From positions 96,001 to 160,000 of the forward strand of contig CAWBBV010000024.1 in the NCBI GenBank assembly GCA_963787125.1: a stretch of 64,000 nucleotides of DNA. The letters run 5' to 3'. Of the stretch, positions 1 through 8,857 are shown in pieces. The notes under the pieces are model-generated. The model saw only the letters and a program-made list of their open reading frames with translations, made no database searches and was not told the origin of the DNA. This DNA is from an uncultured delta proteobacterium (GTDB lineage: Bacteria; Desulfobacterota; Desulfuromonadia; Geobacterales; DSM-12255). The number at the start of each line of letters is the position of its first letter. Position 1 is the stretch's first letter. The position numbers and the translations under genes were made by a program.

Positions 1-1500
1 GTTTTGCTCTTCAACGATAAAACTCGCTATGTAAAGCCCCAGACCACTCCCCCCCTGATCAATCCGGGTTGAAAAGAACGGCTCGAATATGTGGCGCATG
101 TTTTCTGCGCTTATTCCTGTCCCGCTATCCTTTACAATGAGAAGAACTCCCTTGTTATCACTGTCAGGTTTCGTCGAGAGGGTGATCAGATTACCTCCGT
201 TCTTCGCCATAGACTGAATAGCGTTCATCAGCAGATTTATAATAACCTGCTCAAGCTGAAACGGATTACCGTTTACTGCCGGGATAGCCGCTGTTAACGC
301 GGTGTTGATAACAATGCTTTTCATGTTGCCGTGGGCTCTTATAATCGATATCGAGTTTTCTGCAACTCTGTTGAGGTCAAAGTTTATATTATGGTTCTCC
401 CTGTCGCCAAGGCTGTAAGTTCTCAGGTTATGAACCACTCGTTCGATCCTGAAACTACTTCTCGAGATGGCCTCGACAGCTTTTTCAATGTCCTCCATGG
501 CCTCAGAGCAAGGCATGCCGCAGATTTTTATATCACTTTCATTTTCGGCGACTTCAGTAAGCACTGGCTGAATATCTTTCCAGGCTCGCTCCAGGATTTC
601 GGCAGCCAGCCTTATTGCGCCGTTCGGATTGTTGATTTCGTGAGCCATACTTGAAACAAGCAGACCAAGAGAGGTCATTCGGTTGGTCTGAATGAGCTTG
701 GCCATATGTTTGGTCTTCTCTTCATGTATCTGCAGGTGCAGGCCTTGAACAATTTCGGCCTGAAGTCTCTGATTTTCTTCATTTTGACTCCGGAGTGCCA
801 CTGCCAAGCTGTTGATGGCGGCAAGAGCTCTTCCCGGTTCATCATCCGTATCAACGGGGATCCTTGTGTCAAGATCACCAGCTTCAATTCTTTTGACTCC
901 TGACATCAGCAGTTGAAAGGTTTTGGTCAATTTCTGCACAAGGAAAAAAGTGATCCCGGTAACCGTAACCCAGAAAAGCAGAGCCAGCAGCGCTGAGATG
1001 AGAATAAGCTTTCTTAAGAGTATTTTTAGGTTACTGGTATCCATCTCCAGTTCGATCTTCCCGTTCAGCTGTTCAGGGGGGGCATCTCCCTGCAACAATG
1101 CTTCGGGAGAGTACTGGACTGAATTTGACAGCAGCAGTTTCATCACTGTCACACCACTGCGGTCAGCTTGATTATGATCTTTGACTGCGTAGAGAACCTG
1201 CTTTTGTCTACTGTCGATTATTCTTATACTGTAGATATCCCCATGGCTGAAGATCGTGGCGGCATCCATGGCAACCTCTTCGTCGTTGCCTGCATAAAGA
1301 GGTATCTGGATGGAGTTTGCGAGGACTGCCGCAAGCAGCTGCCCTTTGTTTTGAAGCCTTTTAATCTGTTCATGACGTTCGTAGGAGATGAAATAAGAGG
1401 TAAAGGCGATGGTAAGAACTGCTGTCAGGAGCGTAATCAGCAAGGTGATTCTGAAGCGCAGGCTCCGATTATTCAATGTCTTCAGGAGACTTAAAGACAT
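1..1500 (-). CDS. Membrane sensor histidine kinase (TM-periplasmic-TM-HAMP-HisKA-HATPase), 3' end beyond the left edge
   Basis: Manual minus-strand translation from ATG at 1500 (MSLSLLKTLNNRSLRFRITLL...): two hydrophobic segments, HAMP (GVKRIEAGDLDTRIPV), H-box SMAHEINNP, N-box QLEQVIINLLMNAIQS, F/G2 boxes IFEPFFST...GSGLGL. No stop seen before position 1, which would explain its absence from the ORF track. Confidence 0.93.
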   Translation of the reverse strand, partial: MSLSLLKTLNNRSLRFRITLLITLLTAVLTIAFTSYFISYERHEQIKRLQNKGQLLAAVLANSIQIPLYAGNDEEVAMDAATIFSHGDIYSIRIIDSRQKQVLYAVKDHNQADRSGVTVMKLLLSNSVQYSPEALLQGDAPPEQLNGKIELEMDTSNLKILLRKLILISALLALLFWVTVTGITFFLVQKLTKTFQLLMSGVKRIEAGDLDTRIPVDTDDEPGRALAAINSLAVALRSQNEENQRLQAEIVQGLHLQIHEEKTKHMAKLIQTNRMTSLGLLVSSMAHEINNPNGAIRLAAEILERAWKDIQPVLTEVAENESDIKICGMPCSEAMEDIEKAVEAISRSSFRIERVVHNLRTYSLGDRENHNINFDLNRVAENSISIIRAHGNMKSIVINTALTAAIPAVNGNPFQLEQVIINLLMNAIQSMAKNGGNLITLSTKPDSDNKGVLLIVKDSGTGISAENMRHIFEPFFSTRIDQGGSGLGLYIASFIVEEQN

Positions 1501-1503
1501 CGG

Positions 1504-2385
1504 TTATTTCCTGTCTGGGGGGAATAGTTTGTCTGCTCCGGCGACTGAAAGATTGAGTTTCATCGCAACAGCATCGTTTGTGTAGAGCGAGGCTTCTGCA
1601 ATATCTGTAACCGGGATATCTGCCGGTTTTGTTCCGGCAAGTAGCTGTCTGACACTGTTGCAGAGCTGGTCGTTCATCTTGCTGCGAGATGCTTCAACTG
1701 CCGCCAGTGCCCCTTTTTCCAGGTAACTCCTCGAAAAACTGATGATAGGCAGATTGGCACTCTGGCCATGCAGAAAGTAAGAGTTGACGCTTTCCGCAGT
1801 CACAGCGGTTGTATCAGGTATCATCCAGATTGAGTCTATGCCACTCCCTGACAGCCTGGCGAGAGCCGCAGCAACCTCTTGCGGCGATTTTACCTGTATT
1901 GTCACAAGCTCGACACCGTAGCCTGGAGCGACGCTCTTTGTCCGCTCGATATAGGCGCCGCTTTTTGCTTTACTGTAGATGATGCCGACCCGGCGCAGTT
2001 TCAGCTTTTGGAGGAGTTTCAGGTAGTGCTCCGGGGCTGCGTGCATACTGATACCGGTTATGTTGTTGCGTAGTGTCTCTTCATTGGCGGTCAGCGCCAT
2101 GGTGTAAAGAACTTGGGTGCCGCGAAGTTTCTGGGACTCTTTCAGCGGTTTGTCGCCAACCGCAATAACAACTCGCGGCTGCTCTTCACGCACGATCCGC
2201 CCAAGATCGAATTCGGCATAATCGCCCATGATGTAGGTCTGATTTTTCTTGGCGCAGCTGTTTTGAAGCAGCCTGACAGTCTGATCGTACTGCTGATTGC
2301 TGTGACTCTGGATGATGAGCAGCTCCGCAGCGTTTGCCGGCAGGGCCAGGAGAAGCGCCAGTATGGGGAGGAGGAGGTACCTCAA
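1504..2385 (-). CDS. Periplasmic substrate-binding protein (ABC_sub_bind-like) with no cognate ABC transporter nearby
   Basis: Signal peptide ending ANA-A; family-like segments VIAVGD, IWMIPDTTAV, PIISFSRSYLEKGAL; start overlaps the receptor stop (TTGA). Confidence 0.75.
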   Translation of the reverse strand: MRYLLLPILALLLALPANAAELLIIQSHSNQQYDQTVRLLQNSCAKKNQTYIMGDYAEFDLGRIVREEQPRVVIAVGDKPLKESQKLRGTQVLYTMALTANEETLRNNITGISMHAAPEHYLKLLQKLKLRRVGIIYSKAKSGAYIERTKSVAPGYGVELVTIQVKSPQEVAAALARLSGSGIDSIWMIPDTTAVTAESVNSYFLHGQSANLPIISFSRSYLEKGALAAVEASRSKMNDQLCNSVRQLLAGTKPADIPVTDIAEASLYTNDAVAMKLNLSVAGADKLFPPDRK

Positions 2386-4262
2386 AAGCTGAACCTCACT
2401 CCGCCCTCAAGCCAGCGAGGGGTGTTTTTGTAAACTGAATATTGTTTATCGGTTTGATATTGAGCGCCGTTAAAGAGGTTGCGGACTGAAAAGAAGATCT
2501 CAGGCGCCAGGCTGCTGTTGCTGAAGAGACGCTGAGTCAGGAACAGGTCCGTGATAGTAGCGCTGTAACGGGGGGCGTTGCCGACTGTCGGTGCATTCCA
2601 GTCGACGTAGTTGGTAGTCAGGATTCCCTTGAGGCCGATGTTATTTTCTTCATATTTCAGGGAGGCTTTAACCTGCTTGGTCGGTACGCTTTGCAGTTTG
2701 CTGCCGCTTTCTTTGTCACGGGCATCGATGTAGGTGTAGCCTCCGGCCAGGCTGACGCCGTGAAACGAAGTGGTGCGGGCTTCCAGTTCGAATCCTTGCT
2801 TGATCTGCTCCCGGTTCGTGGCTCCAGGGCTGTTAAGGTCGAAGTCGGTCACCGTGGCATTCCAGATATCGTTGTAAAAGAAGGTTCCTTTCAGCCAGAG
2901 ATACGAAATTGCACCTGATTCTACACCAGCCTGTGCAGTCCAGACCCGCTGCGGGCCATTATTATAGACCAATAAGGGGAGGCCGAAGCCGTTGGCAAAA
3001 TAACCGCGCAGCAGGGTCTTCACTCCAAGGTTATAGGTGCCCCCGAGGGAGTAACTGAGACAATCATCGCCAAAGCCGGTATGATCATAACGGATACCGG
3101 GGAGAAGAGTCAGTTCGCCGTAGCTGAGCGTGCCGTTGGCGTAGGCAGCATAGGCGTCTTTAAGCCGATCAAGCAGAAGCGGGGAGGCAGTATTTGCGTT
3201 AACGGACTCTGATTGCTGAATTTTCCCATGGTCATATTCCACGCCGCTGATCAGGCTGTTGCGGTTGTTACCCCAGCGTAGGTTGGTGCCCAAACTGCGA
3301 GTGCTCTCGTGGAGGTGAAAGTCCAGAAAGGGTGTAACGACCCCCTGGTTGTTGTCTCCCAGTTTCGTTTCGCCATTATAGTTGCTGGCCTTGCCAGTCA
3401 ATTCGAGGGTCAGCAATTCGGCCAGGGGGTAGTTGAAATTGAGAAAGGTATAAAAATCGGTGCCCGTACCATTGTCATGTACCAAGGCATTCTCATCCAG
3501 GCCGTGGGCAGAATCAGAATAACTGAGTCCGGAGGTGAGAGTACCCTTGCCAGGCAACTCGTAGGTGATTTTGGCGTAGCCATTGTTATTATTGACGCCG
3601 TTATTGGGGCGTAGACCCCCGGAATGGAGGCTGCCACCGGAAAGGTAGTAGCCGAAGCGGTCGAATGTGCCGCTTACCTCGCCACGGTTATCACGGGTGC
3701 CGCGTTCGCCCAGGGAGGTACTGCCGACTCCGCCGAAAAGACGCGCACTGTTGGGTGTCTTTGTGACGATATTGATGACACCGCCCAAGGCCTGGCCCCA
3801 ACTGCCCGATGCCGCCCCCTTGATTATTTCCACCCGTTCAATCTGCTGTATCGAGATCTGTCCGGGGCTGGCCATCCCTTGAAGTTGGTTATTTTGTTTT
3901 ACACCATCGATCAGTACCAGTACATGGGAAAAGCCTGTTTCAGCCCCTTGAATGCTGAAGTCGGTAAAACTTCCGGGTGTTTGTACATAGGTAAGCTGCA
4001 CGCCGGGGATGGTCTGCAGGACATCGGCTAGGGTGTGGGCGTTAAGAAGGGCGATCTGCTCGGCGGTAATGACGGTGGCATTCTCGGCGATAGATGAGAT
4101 GGGACGGGTGTAGCGAGGGGAGACGGCTGCCGGTTGCTCTTCGGTCGATAGATCAAAAAACATCGACCCTTCATTCTCCTGCTCTGCCTGAACGTGTGAA
4201 ACCAACCCGATGAAAAGGGTCAGCAGGGCGAGAATGAATGTAACTGGCCGGTTTGAGCTCAA
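2382..4262 (-). CDS. TonB-dependent outer-membrane receptor
   Basis: Signal peptide, plug motifs (LADVLQTIPGV, VLVLIDG, IERVEIIKGAASGSWG..ALGGVINIVTK), C-terminal beta-signal ending in F (GVRFSF). Confidence 0.92.
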   Translation of the reverse strand: MSSNRPVTFILALLTLFIGLVSHVQAEQENEGSMFFDLSTEEQPAAVSPRYTRPISSIAENATVITAEQIALLNAHTLADVLQTIPGVQLTYVQTPGSFTDFSIQGAETGFSHVLVLIDGVKQNNQLQGMASPGQISIQQIERVEIIKGAASGSWGQALGGVINIVTKTPNSARLFGGVGSTSLGERGTRDNRGEVSGTFDRFGYYLSGGSLHSGGLRPNNGVNNNNGYAKITYELPGKGTLTSGLSYSDSAHGLDENALVHDNGTGTDFYTFLNFNYPLAELLTLELTGKASNYNGETKLGDNNQGVVTPFLDFHLHESTRSLGTNLRWGNNRNSLISGVEYDHGKIQQSESVNANTASPLLLDRLKDAYAAYANGTLSYGELTLLPGIRYDHTGFGDDCLSYSLGGTYNLGVKTLLRGYFANGFGLPLLVYNNGPQRVWTAQAGVESGAISYLWLKGTFFYNDIWNATVTDFDLNSPGATNREQIKQGFELEARTTSFHGVSLAGGYTYIDARDKESGSKLQSVPTKQVKASLKYEENNIGLKGILTTNYVDWNAPTVGNAPRYSATITDLFLTQRLFSNSSLAPEIFFSVRNLFNGAQYQTDKQYSVYKNTPRWLEGGVRFSF

Positions 4263-4431
4263 AGGAACTATCCTTGCATTAATTAAAATATATATGTTGC
4301 AATGATAATGAAAATATGCAAAATCATGCCCGCATGACTAGCAGCTATGGGGCTGATTGTCCAGTAAATTTTGGGCAACTTTCGAGAGCACCATCCTTCG
4401 GGATGTATTTCAACACGAGGAGGAAGCAGCC

Positions 4432-4530
4432 ATGAAAACGGAACAGCTGGAACTGGAAATCCTTGATGAAGGCCGTGAAAACACGGAAGAAGTAAATGCC
4501 TGCTGTAGCGGCAGTCAAGGCAGGGCATAG
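4432..4530 (+). CDS. 32-aa RiPP precursor peptide (geopeptide-like): MKTEQLELEILDEGRENTEEVNACCSGSQGRA
   Basis: Strong RBS GAGGAGG just upstream, ATG 4432, TAG 4528-4530; acidic leader with LEILDEG and a C-terminal Cys-Cys core; directly upstream of an rSAM/SPASM gene. Below the ORF-track length cutoff. Confidence 0.88.
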   Translation: MKTEQLELEILDEGRENTEEVNACCSGSQGRA

Positions 4531-4553
4531 GTCGTTTAAGGCAGTTAACAACC

Positions 4554-4580
4554 GGGGGAGCGCTGCTCCCCCTTTTTTTT
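4554..4580 (+). terminator. Intrinsic terminator/attenuator hairpin between precursor and maturase
   Basis: GGGGGAGC-GCT-GCTCCCCC followed by T8, ending immediately before the maturase RBS (GGAG 4581-4584). Confidence 0.8.
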
Positions 4581-4590
4581 GGAGTCTGCC

Positions 4591-5895
4591 ATGTACCTGT
4601 CCCGCTACCTGAAGATCTACCAAGACCCGGAACGCCAGGGAGCACTTCTCATCTACTCCACAAAAAAGGGGTCGCTGCTGCGTGCTTCAACGGATCTGCT
4701 CGCCGCTATTCAAGCGGATACCCTGACTGATGCGGAACAAACTATCCTGTTTCGTATGGAAATCATCATTAAAGACCCGCAGGCCGAACGGGAAGAGATG
4801 CATTCGCTTGTTACCAGGACCAACCAGCGCAGCAATAAGTTCAGCGCCACGGTGGTGCTCAATCTGGACTGCAATCTGGCCTGCCCTTACTGCTACGAGG
4901 ATCATTTCCGGGGGAAGTATTACATGACCCCTGCCACTGCCCGTATTCTGGTGGAGAAAATCATCAGTGAACAGATCAGCCGCGGTCGCAATGTCAAGCT
5001 ACAGTTCTACGGCGGTGAGCCGCTCCTCTCCCTGCCGCTGATACACACCATTGCCACACCGCTCCAGGCGGCGGCGCAGGCAAAAGGGTGCGGATTTGCC
5101 TTTACCCTGACAACCAATGGTACGCTCCTCACTCGCAAGGTGGTGGAAGAGCTGCTTCCTCTGGGGCTGACCGGAGCTGTCCTTACTCTGGACGGTCCGG
5201 CCGAGATTCACGATCGGCAGCGCCCCTTTGTTTCCGGCAAGGGGAGCTTTGCCACCATTGTCGCCAACATCAAGGAGACTTTCGACCTTCTCAATCTGCA
5301 GATTGGCGGCAACTTCGCCAAGGATAACTACCAACAGTTTCCCCTGATGCTGGATCACCTGCTGGCCGAAGGGCTTGCGCCAGACAAACTTGGCATAGTG
5401 CAGTTTGCGCCCGTCACCCCCAAGTCGGGGAGAGTCTCCGGTCAGGACAGCCACAGCGGCTGCATCTCCGGATCTGAGCCGTGGGTCACGGAAGCGGCTA
5501 TATTCTTGCGGGGCGAAACCCTCAGGCGGGGGTTTGTTTCCTTCAAGCCGACTATGGCCGCTTGTGTCATCGAGTTTGAAAGCAATCTGGTGGTAAATTA
5601 CGACGGCTCCCTCTACAAATGCCCCGCCTTCATGGGGTGGCCGGAGCTCTCCGTCGGCACTCTGGAGGACGGCATCAAGGATTACTCCGTCTCCCACAAT
5701 CTGACCCTCTGGCAGAATGACGCATGCCTCGACTGCGCCTATCTCCCCTTATGTTTCGGCGGCTGCCGCCTCAATCCCCTCTTGAAAAACGGTGTCATCA
5801 ACGCAGTTGACTGCCGCCGCGAGTTTTACGATATCGCTCTGGAGCAGTTTATTCTTCAGGATATCGGGACTAATGTGACTAACAACCTGCCTTAA
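4591..5895 (+). CDS. Radical SAM/SPASM peptide maturase (geopeptide-maturase-like)
   Basis: CNLACPYC (CxxxCxxC), FYGGEPLL, TTNGTLL; SPASM Cys set YKC, CLDCAYLPLCFGGC, VDC; ATG 4591 with GGAG RBS. Confidence 0.92.
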   Translation: MYLSRYLKIYQDPERQGALLIYSTKKGSLLRASTDLLAAIQADTLTDAEQTILFRMEIIIKDPQAEREEMHSLVTRTNQRSNKFSATVVLNLDCNLACPYCYEDHFRGKYYMTPATARILVEKIISEQISRGRNVKLQFYGGEPLLSLPLIHTIATPLQAAAQAKGCGFAFTLTTNGTLLTRKVVEELLPLGLTGAVLTLDGPAEIHDRQRPFVSGKGSFATIVANIKETFDLLNLQIGGNFAKDNYQQFPLMLDHLLAEGLAPDKLGIVQFAPVTPKSGRVSGQDSHSGCISGSEPWVTEAAIFLRGETLRRGFVSFKPTMAACVIEFESNLVVNYDGSLYKCPAFMGWPELSVGTLEDGIKDYSVSHNLTLWQNDACLDCAYLPLCFGGCRLNPLLKNGVINAVDCRREFYDIALEQFILQDIGTNVTNNLP

Positions 5896-6106
5896 AAATA
5901 ACTTTACATCCCCTGTAACATCAAGTTCAGAGCGGCTTGACAGGGTTATGTAAAGTTCCTTTACGTTTTTGTAACCTGCCGTAATCATGAAATTAATTTG
6001 CGAATTGAAAGTTTCTTTACACCGATCTACGTCTTCAAATTTTACCCATCCGGCTTAAAAATGCCACTGAAGCTTATAACTAGCCTAAATTATTTAATAT
6101 AATGCG

Positions 6107-6122
6107 TTGGCACAGTATCTGT
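6107..6122 (+). promoter_or_regulatory. Candidate sigma54 (-24/-12) promoter
   Basis: TTGGCACAGTATCTGT: perfect -24 TGGCAC, GG-N10-GT in place of GC; about 40 bp upstream of ATG 6162. Confidence 0.5.
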
Positions 6123-6161
6123 ATCGGGGCTATTGATGATTAAGTGTTGAGGAGGCTATCT

Positions 6162-6764
6162 ATGAACTATGATTTTGCAATTGGCGTAAAACCCCTCCCA
6201 TTAAAAATTGATACTGTTTCTGTCCCGTCTCTTTCCGGACAGATTGGCATATCTTCATGCCCAGGCATGAAGGAGTTCAGCACACTCGACCTTTATGAAG
6301 ACCGTGTTGATAACGATCTGCAGAATATTTGCAGTTGGGGGGCAACGGTCATCGTTACTCTGCTTGAAGCACGCGAGATCAGCATCCTCGGGATTGCTGA
6401 CCTTCCGGAAAAAGCCCTGGCAAAAAATATCCTCTGGCTGCACCTCCCGATGAATAATATTGGTCTGCCTGACAGAGAGTTTGAGGAGATGTGGAAGTGG
6501 GCAGGATCGAGACTTCTTAATTTTCTTCAGGAGGGACAAAGTATCCTGATTCACTGTAAAGAAGGGATTGGCCGCTCCGGCATTATTGCTGCCAGGCTGT
6601 TGATAGAGTCCGGGATTGAACCGGACAGCGCTATAAAGTCGGTCAGAAAAGCCAGGCCGGGCAGTCTGATGCTTTATTCCCAGGAAAAGTATTGCTGTTC
6701 TCTTAAACCCATTGTTGCTTCTAAAGAGGGCGCAGCAGCAAAGATATTTTCTGCAAGGGCTTAA
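6162..6764 (+). CDS. Dual-specificity/tyrosine phosphatase (CDKN3-like)
   Basis: CX5R loop HCKEGIGRSG; N-terminal GISSCPG; RBS GGAGG before ATG 6162. Confidence 0.82.
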   Translation: MNYDFAIGVKPLPLKIDTVSVPSLSGQIGISSCPGMKEFSTLDLYEDRVDNDLQNICSWGATVIVTLLEAREISILGIADLPEKALAKNILWLHLPMNNIGLPDREFEEMWKWAGSRLLNFLQEGQSILIHCKEGIGRSGIIAARLLIESGIEPDSAIKSVRKARPGSLMLYSQEKYCCSLKPIVASKEGAAAKIFSARA

Positions 6765-6876
6765 ACATTCTCGTCAGTTTGAGTCGCTTCTCCTTATTTC
6801 AAACCCCGCCCCTTTCCCTTTCCCTTGCATCATTCCTGATATTCGATTATTCTTCAAAAGATAAAAATCCGCACTT

Positions 6877-7620
6877 ATGGAAACTGCCTTGAAAATTACA
6901 GTTGTCATACCGACTTACAATGAACGTGAAAATGTCGAGAAGCTCTCGTCACTGATTCTTGCCCAGGACGAAAGGATTGATATCCTTTTTGTTGATGACA
7001 ATTCTCCTGACGGTACTGGCGAAATTATTGACCGTCTTGCCTCCCAAAGTACGCGTGTCAAGGTTCTGCACAGGGCAGGCAAGCTTGGCCTTGGTTCTGC
7101 TTATCGTGAAGGCTTCAAAATCGCCATTGAAGATAAGGCCGATTATATTATCGAAATGGATGCTGACTTCTCTCATGACCCGGCCATGCTGCCGCTGTTT
7201 ATCGAGAAGATGGCACAAGCCGATGTTGTTATCGGTTCCAGATACATAAACGGTGTCAGTGTTGTTAACTGGCCGATAAGACGTCTTATCCTCAGCTACT
7301 TTGCCAGTGTTTATACCCGGATGATAACCGGATTGCATCTTTCTGACTGTACGGGTGGTTTCAAATGTTTCCGCAGAAATGTACTCGAATCCATCGATCT
7401 TGCTTCTGTCAGATCCGATGGCTACTCTTTTCAGATAGAGATGAACTACAGGTGTAATGAGCGTGGCTTCAGGATCAGCGAGATACCCATCATCTTTGTT
7501 GACAGGCATGCAGGCACTTCAAAGATGTCAAAGCAGATAGTCAGGGAGGCTGTTTTTATGGTCTGGAAACTTAAACTGGGGAGCGTCAGTCGAGCTCTTT
7601 TCGGAAAGAGGCTGAAGTGA
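6877..7620 (+). CDS. GT2 glycosyltransferase, polyprenol-monophosphomannose synthase-like
   Basis: VVIPTYNE, VDDNSPDGT, EMDADFSH, GYSFQIE, EIPIIFVDR motifs. Confidence 0.9.
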   Translation: METALKITVVIPTYNERENVEKLSSLILAQDERIDILFVDDNSPDGTGEIIDRLASQSTRVKVLHRAGKLGLGSAYREGFKIAIEDKADYIIEMDADFSHDPAMLPLFIEKMAQADVVIGSRYINGVSVVNWPIRRLILSYFASVYTRMITGLHLSDCTGGFKCFRRNVLESIDLASVRSDGYSFQIEMNYRCNERGFRISEIPIIFVDRHAGTSKMSKQIVREAVFMVWKLKLGSVSRALFGKRLK

Positions 7621-7802
7621 TGAACGAATATTGGGGGCTACTTTCCCAGTTGGGATTATGGGGATGGATAGTAACGATTCTTTTTTTCATCCACTATTCA
7701 TTTCCACATCAGGATAAATTTGTTTTCAAAGCAGCTTTAAAGTGGGGAGCCATTTCTCTCGGTTTTTTTTCTTTCTGGATCGCCGGAATGCTGTTGGCTT
7801 GA
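7617..7802 (+). CDS. Small two-TM membrane protein
   Basis: 61 aa with two hydrophobic helices; overlaps the GT2 stop and fills the operon gap. Confidence 0.65.
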   Translation: MMNEYWGLLSQLGLWGWIVTILFFIHYSFPHQDKFVFKAALKWGAISLGFFSFWIAGMLLA

Positions 7803-7813
7803 TAGGAGCTTAT

Positions 7814-8857
7814 TTGCCGCGCTTATTGCTCTGTATCACGACATGTTTGTTGCTGTTTGCAGGTTGCTCGCACAAAGGGGCAAAGAGCGAGTTCTTGAAG
7901 GACTCAACTCTCTCTGTAGTTTGGCCGTCGCCCCCGCAGCAGCCAAGGGTGAAGCTTCTCAAGGTTTTTACCGGTCCGGAGGAGTTTGCGGTTCCTAAAA
8001 CTGCTCTCCATTCTCTTTTTGAGGCGATAACCGGTGAGCATCCCCAGGCTGTCGGATTAATGACCCCTGCCGGCATAGTATCTGACGGAGACCGGTATAT
8101 CTACATTGCCGACCCTTCAGCACGGCTTGTGCACAAAATCGATTTCATCGACAATGAAGTTTCCTATCTGACCCACTCCGGCACCGAGCCGCTTGCCAGC
8201 CCTGTAGGGGTAGCACTTGACAGTTTCGGCAACTGTTATGTGACTGATTCGGTAAAAGCCAAAGTCTATAAGTACAACAGCAAAGGTGAATACGTCGGAA
8301 TGATTGGCGAAAGTGCCATTGAGTTTCAAAGGCCGGCCGGAATTGCTATCGGCAAAAACGACTATAAGTATGTTGCTGACGTGCTGCTGAACAAGATCTA
8401 CGTTTTTGATAGCAAGGACAAATTCCTGAAAGATTTTCCCGACCCTGAATATGCAAAAGATCTGAACAAACCGGTAAACCTGGCAGTCGATCCTGCGGGT
8501 AATGTTTATGTGACGGATGCCTTTAATTTTTCGGTCAAGATCTTCGATCCGGCTGGAAAACTTATCAGAACCATCGGTTCAGTCGGTGACGGTCCAGGCA
8601 CTTTTGCCAGGCCTAAGGGAATTGCTCTTGACAGCGAATCCCATATTTACATCATTGATGCAAATTTTGACAACTACCAGATATTCAATCAATCCGGACA
8701 GTTGCTTCTTTATGTTGGGACTACCGGCAAGAAACCGGGTCAATTCTTTATGCCCAACGGCATATTCATAGATTCTGAAGACAGAATCTATATTTCTGAT
8801 TCATACAATCAACGTGTTCAGATTTTTCAGTACCTTAAAGAAGAGAAGTCGAAATAG
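7814..8857 (+). CDS. NHL-repeat beta-propeller lipoprotein
   Basis: TTG 7814 with AGGAG RBS, lipobox FAGC, six NHL repeats (P-x-G/N-[IVL]...YV/I-x-D). Confidence 0.88.
   Translation: MPRLLLCITTCLLLFAGCSHKGAKSEFLKDSTLSVVWPSPPQQPRVKLLKVFTGPEEFAVPKTALHSLFEAITGEHPQAVGLMTPAGIVSDGDRYIYIADPSARLVHKIDFIDNEVSYLTHSGTEPLASPVGVALDSFGNCYVTDSVKAKVYKYNSKGEYVGMIGESAIEFQRPAGIAIGKNDYKYVADVLLNKIYVFDSKDKFLKDFPDPEYAKDLNKPVNLAVDPAGNVYVTDAFNFSVKIFDPAGKLIRTIGSVGDGPGTFARPKGIALDSESHIYIIDANFDNYQIFNQSGQLLLYVGTTGKKPGQFFMPNGIFIDSEDRIYISDSYNQRVQIFQYLKEEKSK

Noticed and set aside
91..1494. Several short plus-strand ORFs in the track
   Set aside because: They are antisense shadows of the minus-strand histidine kinase.
4304..4322. 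Fur-box-like GATAATGAAAAT upstream of the TonB receptor
   Set aside because: Only about 12/19 match, with one half-site, in AT-rich DNA; insufficient.
4283..4645. Minus-strand 120-aa and 92-aa ORFs
   Set aside because: They overlap the better-supported precursor, terminator and maturase start, and have no motifs.
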